From Octopus vulgaris (lineage: Eukaryota): DNA of 64,000 nt. The notes beneath the pieces were generated by a model, which saw nothing but the letters and a program-made list of their open reading frames with translations, did no database searches and was not told the DNA's origin. The DNA lies in NCBI GenBank assembly GCA_951406725.2, contig OX597827.1:25358001-25422000 (forward strand), read 5' to 3'. Each line of letters opens with the position of its first letter. Positions within the stretch are counted from its first letter, which is position 1. Made by a program: the position numbers and the translations under genes. Of the stretch, positions 27,314 through 41,644 are shown in pieces.

Positions 27314-27869
27314 AACATATATATATATATACATATAGGTACTTCGCTTACAAAGAATAAGTACTGGAGTCGGTTTGTTCGACTAAAGGCAGTGCTTCAG
27401 CATGGCCACAGTCAAATGACTCAAACAAATAAAAGAATAAAAGAATAAAAGAATTAACCGTCACAATGGTACCTACTAGAGCCAAGAGTGTCCACATACG
27501 AGATGCATTCCAGAAGATTTTAGATGTCTTCAGGGAAGGCAGTTATAACTGTTGAAGATTATTGTAAATGTAGAATATCATTGCTAGACATCATTGAAGC
27601 TGTCCTGCTAACCTTTGTCATTCCAGATTGAGGGAGACGGCTGTAGTCAATAGTATAAGAATAAAATTTAAAATATTTGTTCCTTCCGTGTGGCCTGGTG
27701 CCGAAAGGTCCTCCGCCTGGTACTGGGCTGCGAACCGGTTGTCGGGGATACTGTTTTAGAGATTTAGACAATTAGCTCTGAAAATACTCATCAGAGACCG
27801 TTGCTGTCTATTTTGTAAAAGTAAAATAAGAGTTTGGTCACATAAAAAAACCCTGTCTACTAAGGGCAC

Positions 27870-28330
27870 AAAGCCTGAAATCTTTGGGGGAGTGGGGTAG
27901 TTGATTACACCGACCCCAGTGTTTCATTGCTACTTATTTAATCGAAGCTAAAAGGATGAAAGCTAGTCGAGAGATATGACAGGTTAGCTTGGGAAATTAA
28001 GCAGTTGTGGTCGATGAAAAAGGTGGCAGTAGTATCAATAACTGTCGGAGCCCTGGGAACAGTCAGCAAAAATTTCGAGAAGTACGTGGAACAAATAGGG
28101 GCTGCGATAAGGGTGGTGCACTTGCAGAAAACAGCACTGCTTGGAACCTGAAATTTTTGTGGAGGGTCTAGTTGATTACATCGACCCCAGTGTTTCACTG
28201 CTACTTATTTAATCGACCCCAAAAGGATGAAAGGCAAAGTCGACCTCGGCGGTATTTGAACTCAGGACGTAAGGACGGACGAAGTGCCACGAAGCATTTT
28301 GCCCGGCGTGCTTAACGATTCTGTCAGCTG
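27870..28330. mobile_element. SINE B (minus) with duplicated segment enclosing a Dong-like LINE fragment (+, ~27970-28148)
   Basis: 27970-28148 matches 21760-21935; SINE segment 27873-27968 recurs at 28148-28243. Confidence 0.75.
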
Positions 28331-29022
28331 GCATTCCCAACTGGAATCATACACCATATATTGTTCCGGAATTTATTGTATTGTGAATATCCTGGAGAGA
28401 GTTTTTAATTGTAATGTTTCTGTATTTCGTCAAACACTGACAAATCAAAGTTGACAGTTGACGTAATATGGTAATAAATATAAAAATTGCTTGACAGAAT
28501 AAAAATTCGTAACGTAGAAATCGTTTCATTACTTTCGGTTCATTGTAAATACCTGTTATATAAATATATATATGTATTGTAGTAGCTAAATAATGGCTCC
28601 CAGTTAGCGTAGATTCATAACCCTTCCGTCAGAAACATCACAAGTACAATTCAATATGACACAGTGCATCACATTTTAACAACGCAACATTATTAATAGT
28701 TTGAATGCGAGAAATTTTACAGTAATTGTAAATGACACACCCGCACACACATGTATATATGTATGTGTGTGTGTGTGTGTGTGAGTGAGTAATTCCCGTA
28801 CACAAACTCTATCACCTGCACGTGATTACGTAAGGCTCTGCATATAAAATGACAATGACGACAAGCAAACAAAGAACTATTCAATTACCCGCACATATAT
28901 TACATACAGAAACATAACCCGAAAATATATATGCATACATATTTATAATGATATATATATATGTGTATATACATATGTATATATATATGTGTGCGTGTGT
29001 GTGTGTGTGTGTGTGTATCTAC

Positions 29023-29053
<31 letters not shown>

Positions 29054-29069
29054 GATATATATGTGTATA

Positions 29070-29132
<63 letters not shown>

Positions 29133-29349
29133 ATATGTATATATATGTATATATATACGTGTGTGTATGCGTGTATGTATGTATATAAACATGTATGTAA
29201 ATTATATATATTTACATACATAAGTATTCATATATGCATACGTGTATATATATGTATACATACACACATACACATATATATCTATAACTCTATCTATCAA
29301 TCTATCTATATACATACATACATACATATATATATACATACATATATAT

Positions 29350-29456
<107 letters not shown>

Positions 29457-29832
29457 TACATACACATATATAATGCTCTCACAGGCATATATAGCAACAT
29501 ACCTGCCCAAAGAGTCTATATATCGTTAATATTTTATCAAGAACTTGGAAAGTATAATTATATTAGAAGCAAGCAAGATGTTTAGGAATTATGTTATAAA
29601 TAATTCTGTAATTTCATTATATTTAGTCTGTGTATTGGAAAGTGAATATATACAAAAAATAGGAGCTATTTTAATTAAGTTAATTTCACTGTTTTGTTTA
29701 AATTCATTACGCCAACTTCGTTAGACTGCACACGTTATTTGCTTACGTGTTTCTTTCACTAAATACACGTGGGTAAGTGTAAGTGTATATATATATATAT
29801 AGATATATATTCATTATACATACATCTCTATA

Positions 29833-29874
<42 letters not shown>

Positions 29875-29892
29875 AAATGGGCCACACTTTGG

Positions 29893-29924
<32 letters not shown>

Positions 29925-30454
29925 GCATATACATACATCTATATATAATTATGTATATATATATTTGTAAAAAATGTAAATATACATGCGTATATATATC
30001 TGTGTGTGGGCTTAGCTACTGTAATCAGACTGGCTTGTATAACATAAAGTGCACAACATAATAAATGTATTGCCGGATTCTGCACAGTTCTAGAAAGCGT
30101 TTCATTTAATGCAATATTGGAACATGAAACTTGAAGTAGCTCATGAATAACTCTAGCTTATATTAAATGATAGTTATCTGTCACTAATTTGAGTTCTGTT
30201 TTGCTGATTTATCAATAAACGAACAGTACACACACAAACACACCCACCCACACACATACACACACACACACACACTTACACACACTCACACACATACACA
30301 CATGCACATTCATACACATGCATGAAAATAGATAGATGAGACATCCGTGAAGCTAAAGCCTTCGTGGATACGAAACCATCAATCTATGACCAGACATTAC
30401 CTTTATTGCTTGAAGATATATATAAAAATAAATATAAGGATATATAGATATATA

Positions 30455-30804
30455 TATCTGTAAATATAATATGTGACAATTATTCGGTAGCCATGATAAA
30501 ACTCCGAGTCTCGGATGTCGGAAACCCACGCCAGCATCTGTTCAGTTATCGGGCCATCGAAAAAGTACCCCGCAGAAGAATTCAATATGGACGCGTACTA
30601 CATCGATTATTCTATGAAAAACATACCTATACCATCAAGGGAGCTATACTGTAAGAAACGTTTGGAGAAAATTACAAAAGAAAAGAAACGGCACTTTTTC
30701 GATGTCCCGATAACTGAAGAGATGCCGGAGTGGATTTCCGGCATCCGAGACTCGGAGTTTTATCATGGCTACCGAATAATTGTTACATATTATATTTGCA
30801 GATA
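30455..30804. mobile_element. Miniature Penelope-derived element: two inverted HHR-bearing arms around the first ~30 codons of a PLE-like ORF
   Basis: 30455-30570 is the reverse complement of 30689-30804. The + arm reads gataa-CTGAAGA-gatgccgga..tccggcatc c-GAGAC-tcgga-GTT-ttatc. The spacer encodes MDAYYIDYSMKNIPIPSRELYCKKRLEK. Confidence 0.7.
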
Positions 30805-30882
30805 AATTCCTTTATTTACATAATATCGAGGTCTCTTTCATTCTTTTGTTGTCTTACCATTTCGATCAATACATACATACAT

Positions 30883-30977
<95 letters not shown>

Positions 30978-31437
30978 AAGATGTAAGGGGATGCAATGTG
31001 GACGACCTAGTCAAGGTAAGCTACAATGAAACTTCTCTGCAGGGCTTTTAATATCTTACGTTTAGCAATATGATTTTCTAAAAAACTAGGATATCTAGAG
31101 GTTTTGATATAGCCAAGACGATAACTTTGTGGTCCGCTTAAATATCTGTTCGATCTAATGACATATTTTGTTGCTGGACATTGGTATCAGGAGACGAATT
31201 TAAGATCTGGTACCATTAGTACATTTACTTTTTACATGTCAAAGAGAAAAGAAAATTCTTATTCTAATGCCAACCGAAGTAATGCAGCGGCTTTGGTTTG
31301 AATAGACATTTGGTAAGAATCAGCAAAGACGCCCGTCCGTCCGCGCGTGAGTGAGCGCGAAACAGGTTGAATAAATATAACACGCTCAGGGGCATAAATA
31401 CTTATAAACATGTACATATCGATTTAAATATATACAA

Positions 31438-31499
<62 letters not shown>

Positions 31500-31694
31500 A
31501 TCTCTATATATATGTATATAACAAAGTGAAGTTGCAAGGTATATATATATATCAAGGTATACACAGATATATACAAACATGATCTATATACCTACACACA
31601 CACATACATGTATGTATATGTATGCGTCTTTGTGTAAGTATACACACACACACACACGCACACACGCACACATATATATATACTTATATATATG

Positions 31695-31815
31695 CTGACC
31701 TTGTGGAGTTAGCACCGAAAATATAACCCACATCTAAAGCAATTGTCTGAAAAATGTCATCGCGTTACTATCTAACGATGGGACATGATGTTGTAGCCAA
31801 GACACTGAATAATGA
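31695..31815 (+). mobile_element. Decayed RLE-LINE zinc-knuckle fragment
   Basis: CGVSTENITHI*SNC(fs)KMSSRYYLTMGHDVVAKTL resembles the CCHC..RHD motif; a similar remnant lies at 25140-25300. Confidence 0.5.
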
Positions 31816-32578
31816 GACCAAAAATATAAGAATCTACAGTGCGGTTGAAAACATAACTATTCTTTACTGAGTACTGATGAAAGTGTTTCTGTGAACCTCA
31901 ATAAAAGGTAAATCTAGACAGTGATTTAGGACAGTGATAATCGTGTTTACAAGGGAATTTTAGAAAAAGAATAAAAAATATTTCTAAATTACAGAGAAGA
32001 CAGAGTTTCTTGCCTTTATCATAAGGGAACGAAATGGAGAGAATCAACCAATCTAAATTAAATTGTTTATTATGGTATTTTTGATACCAAATTAATTTAC
32101 TAAGCCCTGCACTGTTACGTTTAGTCTTATCCCTAAATGTAAAGTAATGATTAGAAATTCTTTTAGATAACTGAGAAGAACTACCTATTTTGACGTTATA
32201 TCCTCTAACGTTTTTTTAAAATTAATAGCGTTCCGTTAATCACTATACATATCCATCATATTCTGTTAAAATATCTTATTGACGAGTTTTATTTCTTCAT
32301 TTCCCTGAAGAGAAGATTATATTCTTTTACACCATTTTATTCCTTTGGAATAATACCAATGACATCTACAAAACATGAGTCGAATGTAAAAGAATTTGAA
32401 TAACACCTGCATTTAACTCCATTTATTTATTTATATATATTATACAAAATATCTCACATAAACCCTGAGTTTCTACTTTTAAAAACAAGGTGTTACGCCC
32501 TTTTTACTTGTGTGATATTTTGCTACCCTGGTAACTGTTTATCTATTTTTTCCGTGTTAACAACGGGGAAAATACACA

Positions 32579-32637
<59 letters not shown>

Positions 32638-32657
32638 GTGCGTGTGTGTGTATGTGT

Positions 32658-32697
<40 letters not shown>

Positions 32698-32699
32698 TT

Positions 32700-32910
32700 G
32701 TGTGTCTGTGTTTGTCCCTCCACCATCACTCGACAACCGATGTTGGTGTGTTTACGCCCCCGAAACTTAGCAGTTCAGCAAAAAAGAACCGATAGAATAG
32801 GTACTAGGCTTACAAAAAATAAGTCCTGGGGTCAAGTTGCTCGACTAAAGGCGGTGTTCCAGCATGGCTGCAGTCAAAATGACTGAAACAAGTAAGAGAA
32901 TAAAAGAATA
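32700..32910 (+). mobile_element. SINE family A 3' half
   Basis: Matches the reverse complement of 46222-46440. Confidence 0.8.
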
Positions 32911-33913
32911 AACGTGGATTTTCTGTTAGAAGATTACTGCGGTAGGCAGTATGAGGGAAACTCTCTTATAGGTTTTGGGTGTAAAAGCCTTTATGAGTAT
33001 AAATCTTTTCTATTCTATGCACAAGGCCCGAAAAGTTTTAAGGAGGGGGCTAGTCGATTAGATCTACCCCAGTACGTAACTGGTACTTAAATACAACTGA
33101 GCATTTCGCCCGGCGTGCCATTACGAGTATTAATACTGCCTCTGACATTAATATATACTTTTAAACAAGCTCACTGGCTAATTGCTACACCATGGCCTGT
33201 TCTGGCACTGCTTTCTTACATATCGCTGGTGGAGAGGTGAGTCGCAGTTATCTCTAGGTGACGAGCATCCGTCATTGATGAGACCAAGGAAGGTCGAAAT
33301 CACGTGTCCTGATGGTTTCGGCGCCCGAGTTGATGGGGATTTATCTCCCTGCTAGCGATATAAACAAGGGTGCATTTTGCACCGGAAGCCTATGTGAGAG
33401 TTTCTCTCATAGTATCTACCGCTTTAAAGTTTGTTCTAACGAAACATCCACGTTTAAGCGGGAATAAATTTTACCACTTCCATCAGGAATTTAATCATCG
33501 AACAAAATCGGAATGATATATTGTCTGAGAAAATTGGCAGCTTGCATTACAGGAACCTTCGCTTGACTTGCTTCCAGACACATTATTAACTTCTAAATGC
33601 ATTTGCAAACTGACGGCACGTAGCTTAGTAGTTACAGTATTGACCTCATGATCGATCGACTATGTTTCGATTCCTGGACTCGGCGATGCATTGTGTTCTT
33701 GAGCAAAGCACTTCATTTCACGTTGCTCCAGTCCACGCTTGTGCCAATAGCCGCACATTGAGATAGAACCAGAGCTGCCATGATTGCAAAGCGAACTTTC
33801 TAATCATTTAACCACCTTCGCAAAAATATCCATACACACGTATAGTTATTTATGGGTATGTATGTCTGTCTATCTATCAATCAATCACTCAATCAATCTC
33901 TCTCTCTCTCTCA

Positions 33914-33953
<40 letters not shown>

Positions 33954-34041
33954 CTGTCTATCTGTTTGTCTATCTATCTGTCTATCTATCTATCTATCTG
34001 TCTGTATGTCTGTCTCTCTCTCTCTCTCCAGCCATCCATCC

Positions 34042-34133
<92 letters not shown>

Positions 34134-34206
34134 GTGTGTCTGTGTGTGTGTCTGTTAGTCTGTCTGTCTATCTGTCGATCTATCGGTCTGTCTTTCTGTA
34201 TGTCTG

Positions 34207-34273
<67 letters not shown>

Positions 34274-34934
34274 CTCTATCTTCATATATACACATACAGC
34301 AAGAAAATAACTGTGGCTGAGAGAGTCGGAGACAAGCAGAAAGTCGGAGAGAATAAAGAAGAGATAGATTAAGAAAAAGAAAAGAAAGAGTAAGAAGAAA
34401 GAGCTCGGGGTATTTCTTCATCATATTAAATCAATATTCTTGATATTCTAAAAGAAACCAGCGAGAAATATTACATTTGTAATGTCTGCATGAGTACAAA
34501 TATAATAAATACCATGCGAGCAGCAATTATCTGGACATAGCATTTTCGTATTATTCTGTTTTGTACGGAAAGAGAACGTCATTCCACTGGATGTATGAGT
34601 GAGAAGTATTAAGAATATATTGATTTGGTTGCAATTAATACAAGCAATTAATTTCGAAGAGTGTATATGAATTGCTGTGAATGAGAAGTACGAGTATTTA
34701 TTAAAAGATATCAGCAAAAAGTAATTAGTTGTGTCCTAATTGACTGAGCACTCGTTAATAAATGCATAGATATTAGCATATAAGGAAAATACTTCGTAAA
34801 TAAATCACTAAGTTCCATGTATACATACGTATCTTTTCTGGCAACGGTACAAATTGATAAATTCCTATGGCGGTAAATGTAACTCTCATGGTATTACTGT
34901 CTTCGTATAATTGTAATTAGCATCCAGTGATAGT

Positions 34935-34989
<55 letters not shown>

Positions 34990-35494
34990 CATGTGTGCTT
35001 GTTTGTGTATATATGCATGTATGCATCTATGCGTGTATTCATGTATATTCACATATAAATATATTCAAATACATACACAAACATGTTTAAACAAATACTT
35101 ACAAACACACTCATATGCACATATATACTGATATATCTGTGTGGAAATGTATACACACACACGCACGTACACACTCACACATGTATGTATGCATGTATAT
35201 GAATATATGCGTATATACGTGCATATACACATTTACATCTAGTGTATATAAGGAAAATGACAATGTGGGATAGATTATAAAATAGATAGACAAATAAATA
35301 GGTACATAGATAGATAAATAGACAGACAGACGGATACACTGGTAAGAAAACACATCTAAACCCAGGGTAGTTTTTGAAGTGCTCGGTAAATAATTAAACC
35401 TGAAAGGCATCTCTGTCAGATGTGTCTGCAATGACAACCGTAATAGTACTGAGTTCAGAATCTCCCATATTTCTTTCAAAGTGCGCGCGCAAAT

Positions 35495-35556
<62 letters not shown>

Positions 35557-35961
35557 CTTTTATTTTCTATTTGTTTCAGCCATTAGGCAGCGGCCATGCT
35601 GGGGCATCGTCTTGAAGAATCTTGTCTTTTTAAAGTATATATTCCTGGCCAACGGCTTAAACCTATGGTCACTAAAAACATGCCATATTAAATCCGAGCA
35701 GAGCAGATTTCATTTAACGAGATATCTCCTATTACATCACCTGACGAGACACTTCTTCCCCTAGGGATGCACCATAACTAGTTGTATAGTTTCCCACCCA
35801 CGAAGAATTGATGCACCCACGAGGAATCGATGCAATATAAGTAGCCGCGCATTCCATCATTTGATACACACACAAACTCATAATAAAATATCAAATATTA
35901 TTATTAAGTTTCAAAACGGAGAGATCTAATGGATACAAATTAATTTATTAATTAACATCTT

Positions 35962-36056
35962 CACCTACAATTGTATCATTTCATTAAAACTACAAAACAT
36001 ATATAAATATATAATCTTGTATTTTAAAATAACTTGGGTGGAAACTCATCAGGGTG
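35962..36056 (-). ncRNA. HHR-like motif with long stem II and A14U substitution
   Basis: cacc-CTGATGA-gtttc...gaaat-GATAC-AATT-GTA-ggtg; palindromic stem III; ~50 bp from (TA)n. Confidence 0.55.
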
Positions 36057-36103
36057 TACAAAAAGACAATACCAGGATTACATTATGATCCGTTGAAATA
36101 CTC

Positions 36104-36154
<51 letters not shown>

Positions 36155-36196
36155 AAAGAATTAGAAACTGCAAAGAACTTTTAGAGATGTTTATTG

Positions 36197-36238
36197 ACTT
36201 GACCGGTTTCACTTTTTTAGAAAAAGATTGTCAAAAGT
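36197..36238 (-). ncRNA. Minimal hammerhead ribozyme, U3-A8 core variant
   Basis: actt-TTGACAA-t cttttt cta aaaaag t-GAAAC-CG-GTC-aagt; ~45 bp from (TA)n. Confidence 0.7.
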
Positions 36239-36407
36239 AAAATGTAAAGCTTTATATAAGCTTTGTTGTGTTAAGAACTGGTTGTCACAAAGGTATTAAA
36301 ATACAGTTATACATTCTTTGATAATGATTTTAAAAAATGTTAAAAACAGTTTACAAGAAAGTATTCGAGAAAGTTTTCAGAACGGGGCTACATCATGTTT
36401 GTTTGGT

Positions 36408-36463
<56 letters not shown>

Positions 36464-36479
36464 GGGAGATATATATAAG

Positions 36480-36989
<510 letters not shown>

Positions 36990-37013
36990 TAAATATGTAT
37001 AAAAATAACCAAA

Positions 37014-37197
37014 ATCTTATATACAGGAGAATAATGGTAAAACAGCTTCTAATCGGGTGATATACCCTCATAGACGGAAATAAGGGCATTTTACCCAATC
37101 CACTAAGGAGTTTTCACAGTTATTCACCTGTGCTCGAGATCTTAAGTTCTAAAATATCAGAACTTTCGACGCTTCAGTTTTCTTATACGTGTATATG

Positions 37198-37265
<68 letters not shown>

Positions 37266-37739
37266 AAATGCTCAAAATACGAGACTAGAGAAACTGATGA
37301 AGGCTCGTTCTTTATGTTTGTTCCCATTTGTGTCATTCGTTGCTCGAAAGAATAGTTCATGTTCCATGTACTCGTGCTCCATAATTTTTGTTGTACACGT
37401 TTCATGACGTCCTGTGCCCACATATACATACATACATACATTATTATTATGGCTGCCCCCTCGTTATCGAGTATGGCCATTGCACGAAGCTTAGCTGTTA
37501 CTGGTGCTGTGATCGAATGTGACTTTTTTAGCCCAGCTAAATATCTACAATGTCTTGTACAAAATTGGCAACTAAAACCTTTACTGGTAATAGCCGGGTG
37601 TAGTTGTAACTGGGCTTCATGTACCTTTGCATGTCGTTTAAGTCCTGCCGAATTACACTCTCTTCCACATGCCCGACAGATATGATTAGTATGGTATGTT
37701 ACACCACCACCAGTGGCCAGGTTGTCACTCATCTGTTTC

Positions 37740-37815
<76 letters not shown>

Positions 37816-38007
37816 TGTGTGTGTATACATATACACGTATAAGAAAACTGAAGCGTCGAAAGTTCTGATATTTTAGAAATTAAGATCTCGAGCACAGGTG
37901 AATAACTGTGAAAACTCCTTAGTGGATTGGGTAAAATGTCCTTATTTCCGTCTATGAGGGTATATCACCTGATTAGAAGCTGTTTTACCATTATTCTCCT
38001 GTATATA

Positions 38008-38011
<4 letters not shown>
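37014..38011. repeat. ~190-bp near-identical inverted repeat (37014-37200 / 37824-38011), extended by mirrored CA/TG and TA tracts
   Basis: About 3 mismatches seen by eye in the unique arms. Confidence 0.9.
37439..37735 (-). mobile_element. LINE (RTE-like) 3' end with two C2H2-like fingers and short (TAA) tail
   Basis: HICRACGRECNSAGLKRHAKVH..FSCQFCTRHCRYLAGL, then ...gagggggcagccataataataat. Confidence 0.65.
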
Positions 38012-38055
<44 letters not shown>

Positions 38056-38299
38056 GGCGTACATGGCAGCACGAGCAAAACACTACTCAAATGTTATTTA
38101 TGATTATAATCATATGTATGTGAGTGTGCGTGCATGTGTGTTTGTATGTGTGTGTGTGTGTCCGTGTGTGCTTACCTATCCAGGTGTCTAAATTAATTAA
38201 CGCTCCTACTGTATCTTTTAAGCTTAATTTAATCAAAATTGCTAACAAGGCTAACGAAAAATGTTTGTACCTTTACTGAGTAATAATTTTTCTTTTCAG

Positions 38300-38317
38300 T
38301 ACCTTGCCATGTACTGC
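38300..38317 (+). other. Candidate 18-nt microexon
   Basis: gctaac branch-like motifs, then tttttcttttcag | taccttgccatgtactgc | gtgagt; length a multiple of 3 with no internal stop codons. Confidence 0.35.
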
Positions 38318-39001
38318 GTGAGTTACTGCACTACAGATGAGTTGAGAAAAAAACCGAAACATGACATGAGTTTTCTCCCGTAGTTGTCAGAAAATAATAT
38401 ATTAGGCATTGTCTGTTACCATTTGTCCTGTTGACTTCATATTTTTTCTCTATTATATATGTTAATGTGAACTTACATACGAAATAATTAGATTTGACAC
38501 AATGGTGATCATGAGTAAAGAGAAGCAATAATTGAAAGGAAAATTTAAAATTCATGAGGAGGTAATCACATTTCTGCGAGCCAACCTTATAAAATTGCTT
38601 TAGCACGTACATATTTAAATCTAACAAAATTAAGAGAATGAAGTTAAGCGGAGTCAATAATTATTTGGAGACCATTCCCTTAAATTGAAATCTTAGTGTG
38701 CAATGCTAAACGATGACGATGTTTTTAGCCCTTGGCCAGGAATGACCATATCACAAAATAAAGTTATAAACTCACTGTGTTTTATCTATTATTATCCGAC
38801 TAAAGTGTCCCCCGTCTTATGAGGGGTCGCTTTGGAAATATACTCTTCGCATTATGGGTAATAACTGGGAATATGGCACGCATACAAGAATTATAATTCA
38901 AATTTTGTCAAATTTCCTGGTGCTGATACAAAATGAAGAAACGAATGCTAATTTAAATACAACAGATTACTCATTTGCATATTTGCTACCACTACCAACT
39001 G

Positions 39002-39071
<70 letters not shown>

Positions 39072-39072
39072 A

Positions 39073-39135
<63 letters not shown>

Positions 39136-39428
39136 GTTGCTACTGTCAAGACTGCTGCTGCTGCCAGGACTGCTGCTGCTTTAAGTTCTCTGCTAACTTC
39201 TATGAGGTTATTAATCTTCTGGCGCACTATATACAATGCCAAAGAAAAAGAGAAGGAAATAAAGAAACGAAAGAGAGAAAGAGAGAGTGAGAGAGAGATA
39301 AAGAGAAAGGGAGAGAGAGTATGTGAAATACAGCCAAATTTTAAGTTAACTGACCATCTTTGACCACCCAAGCAGAAGACTGACCTCTGCAGAGAGAACA
39401 AACAACTTATAATTTGGACCTATATCTA

Positions 39429-39499
<71 letters not shown>

Positions 39500-39535
39500 A
39501 TATATATATATACATACATACACACATATATATAA

Positions 39536-39604
<69 letters not shown>

Positions 39605-41370
39605 TGTAAATGAACCAATGGTCTTACAAGGTAGATGTAGCGGAATCATGTGAACGACCAGGTTGCAGTTGGCGCGATTAAAATGTTCATGCCAAATTAT
39701 ACATGTCTAAATAAAGTTAAGAAGTCTTCGTGAGTTATTGAGAAGTTAATATGTTTCATCCACGCTGCAATTGTTTTAGTTCCTTATTCATGGCCTCGGA
39801 TGAAACCACATGTCTGTCAAGTTCACCTCCGAAACAATAAATACAAGCTGTTGTTTTCTGAATTTTTCTCTACATACTCGCAAACTATTCCATCGAATGA
39901 CGGAGAGATAAACTTAAAAAAGGTCAGTATTGTCTAACGATGTACAATACTTGCCTAAAAAGCACTGTGTGACAAAATATTTTTCTTTGTCTTTTGTCAT
40001 TAAGTGTTTCATATTTGCTTCTATCTAGAAATCTAAAGCAATGACAAGTATTACCTTCAGACTTTGCTTTTGTGACCAAGACATCGATGTCTTTTAAAAC
40101 TGACCTATTTTCCATTACATTTCAGACAGATCCAGCGCTGACTTGCTGAAGCAGAAATATCGTTATAGCAAATATTCTGATCAATACCACAGATTTGCTA
40201 GTCTTTTGCTTGACCGTAACCACTTGAGCATATTACTTAGTGGTTGACTATTTGTATATCTCTGATCATGAACGGGAATAGTGGAGGAACATCATCACTA
40301 TGTGTTGAGAGGGATCCTTCGGGATTTGAATAATGTGACAAAAGCAAAGTTTGAAGGAAAAAGTAGCCATTTTTCATATTTTCTATGGGTAAGCAAATAG
40401 CTGCTACCCGAGGACAAAAATCGTGTTACACAGTGTAATTATAATAATATGATATAAATCCTGCTGAGTAAAGTTTTCCTCCGCATTAATTTTCGTGAGC
40501 TTTATAATGTAGTATGAATCAAATATATAAGCACTACTTTCAAGAATTTAATACTGTTTGATGTAGCACAATAACATTTCCAGCATCATATATGTGTACG
40601 GATGTATCTGCGTAAGTACGTGTGAGCTTGAGTCTATATCTATGCGCTTAATTATATACTTATGTATGTGTGTTTGCGAGTGTATACACACGCACACTTT
40701 CACTTACATCATGAATCATTTGTTTCAATTTCACATTGCCACTTTTTCCGATATTGTCGCAACAACGTAGAAAGGAGAGAGAAAATAAGAAAAAACAAAA
40801 CAAAAAATAACAAAATAAAAAAAACAGTAGAAATATTTCGATATAGAAAAGGACTTACTTTGCGGATGAAAAAAAAAATATTAATGATTTTCATGACATC
40901 ATTTAAGCGATAAAGACATCATTTGAGCCACGATAAAGTGACACACGTTATCTTTAGATTAATCAACGAGGAGCTGAATAACAAAGATGAATTGAAGTTT
41001 TAAGAACAATATTAGTAAACTATGAATTACTGAAATATTGTCGCAGAATAGACAAAATGTCGGCAAATGATGCAACAGAGAAAGAATCATTTACATTATG
41101 TATGTAATATTTAGAGATTGCTCCTTCGGTGTGTGAGACCAACTTCAATTGGCGAAGTAAACTGAAGGACGTCTCCAAGGACATACATTTTACCGGCGAT
41201 TGTTCATGTGTTATGTACTTCTTAAACTGTGCACAATTATTAGCAGCCATGTTGACAAGAGATGAACAGATAAGACTTGTGAAGATTCAGCGAATAATGC
41301 ATTTTATGCATAATAAAAATGTATGAACTTGTAAGAGGAATCCCAGCAGCCGCATATTATATATATATAT

Positions 41371-41437
<67 letters not shown>

Positions 41438-41493
41438 TACATACATATATATATAGATACATACATATATATATATATATATAGAGAGAGAGA

Positions 41494-41528
<35 letters not shown>

Positions 41529-41644
41529 CATATATATATTTATATTCATACATACATATATATATACACATATACATATATATACATATACATATATAGA
41601 TACATATATATACATATATATAGATACATATGTATATATATATA

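Noticed and set aside
37157-37732. C2H2 zinc-finger host gene
   Set aside because: The fingers are followed by a LINE-type 3' end and TAA tail; the rest of the ORF is microsatellite.
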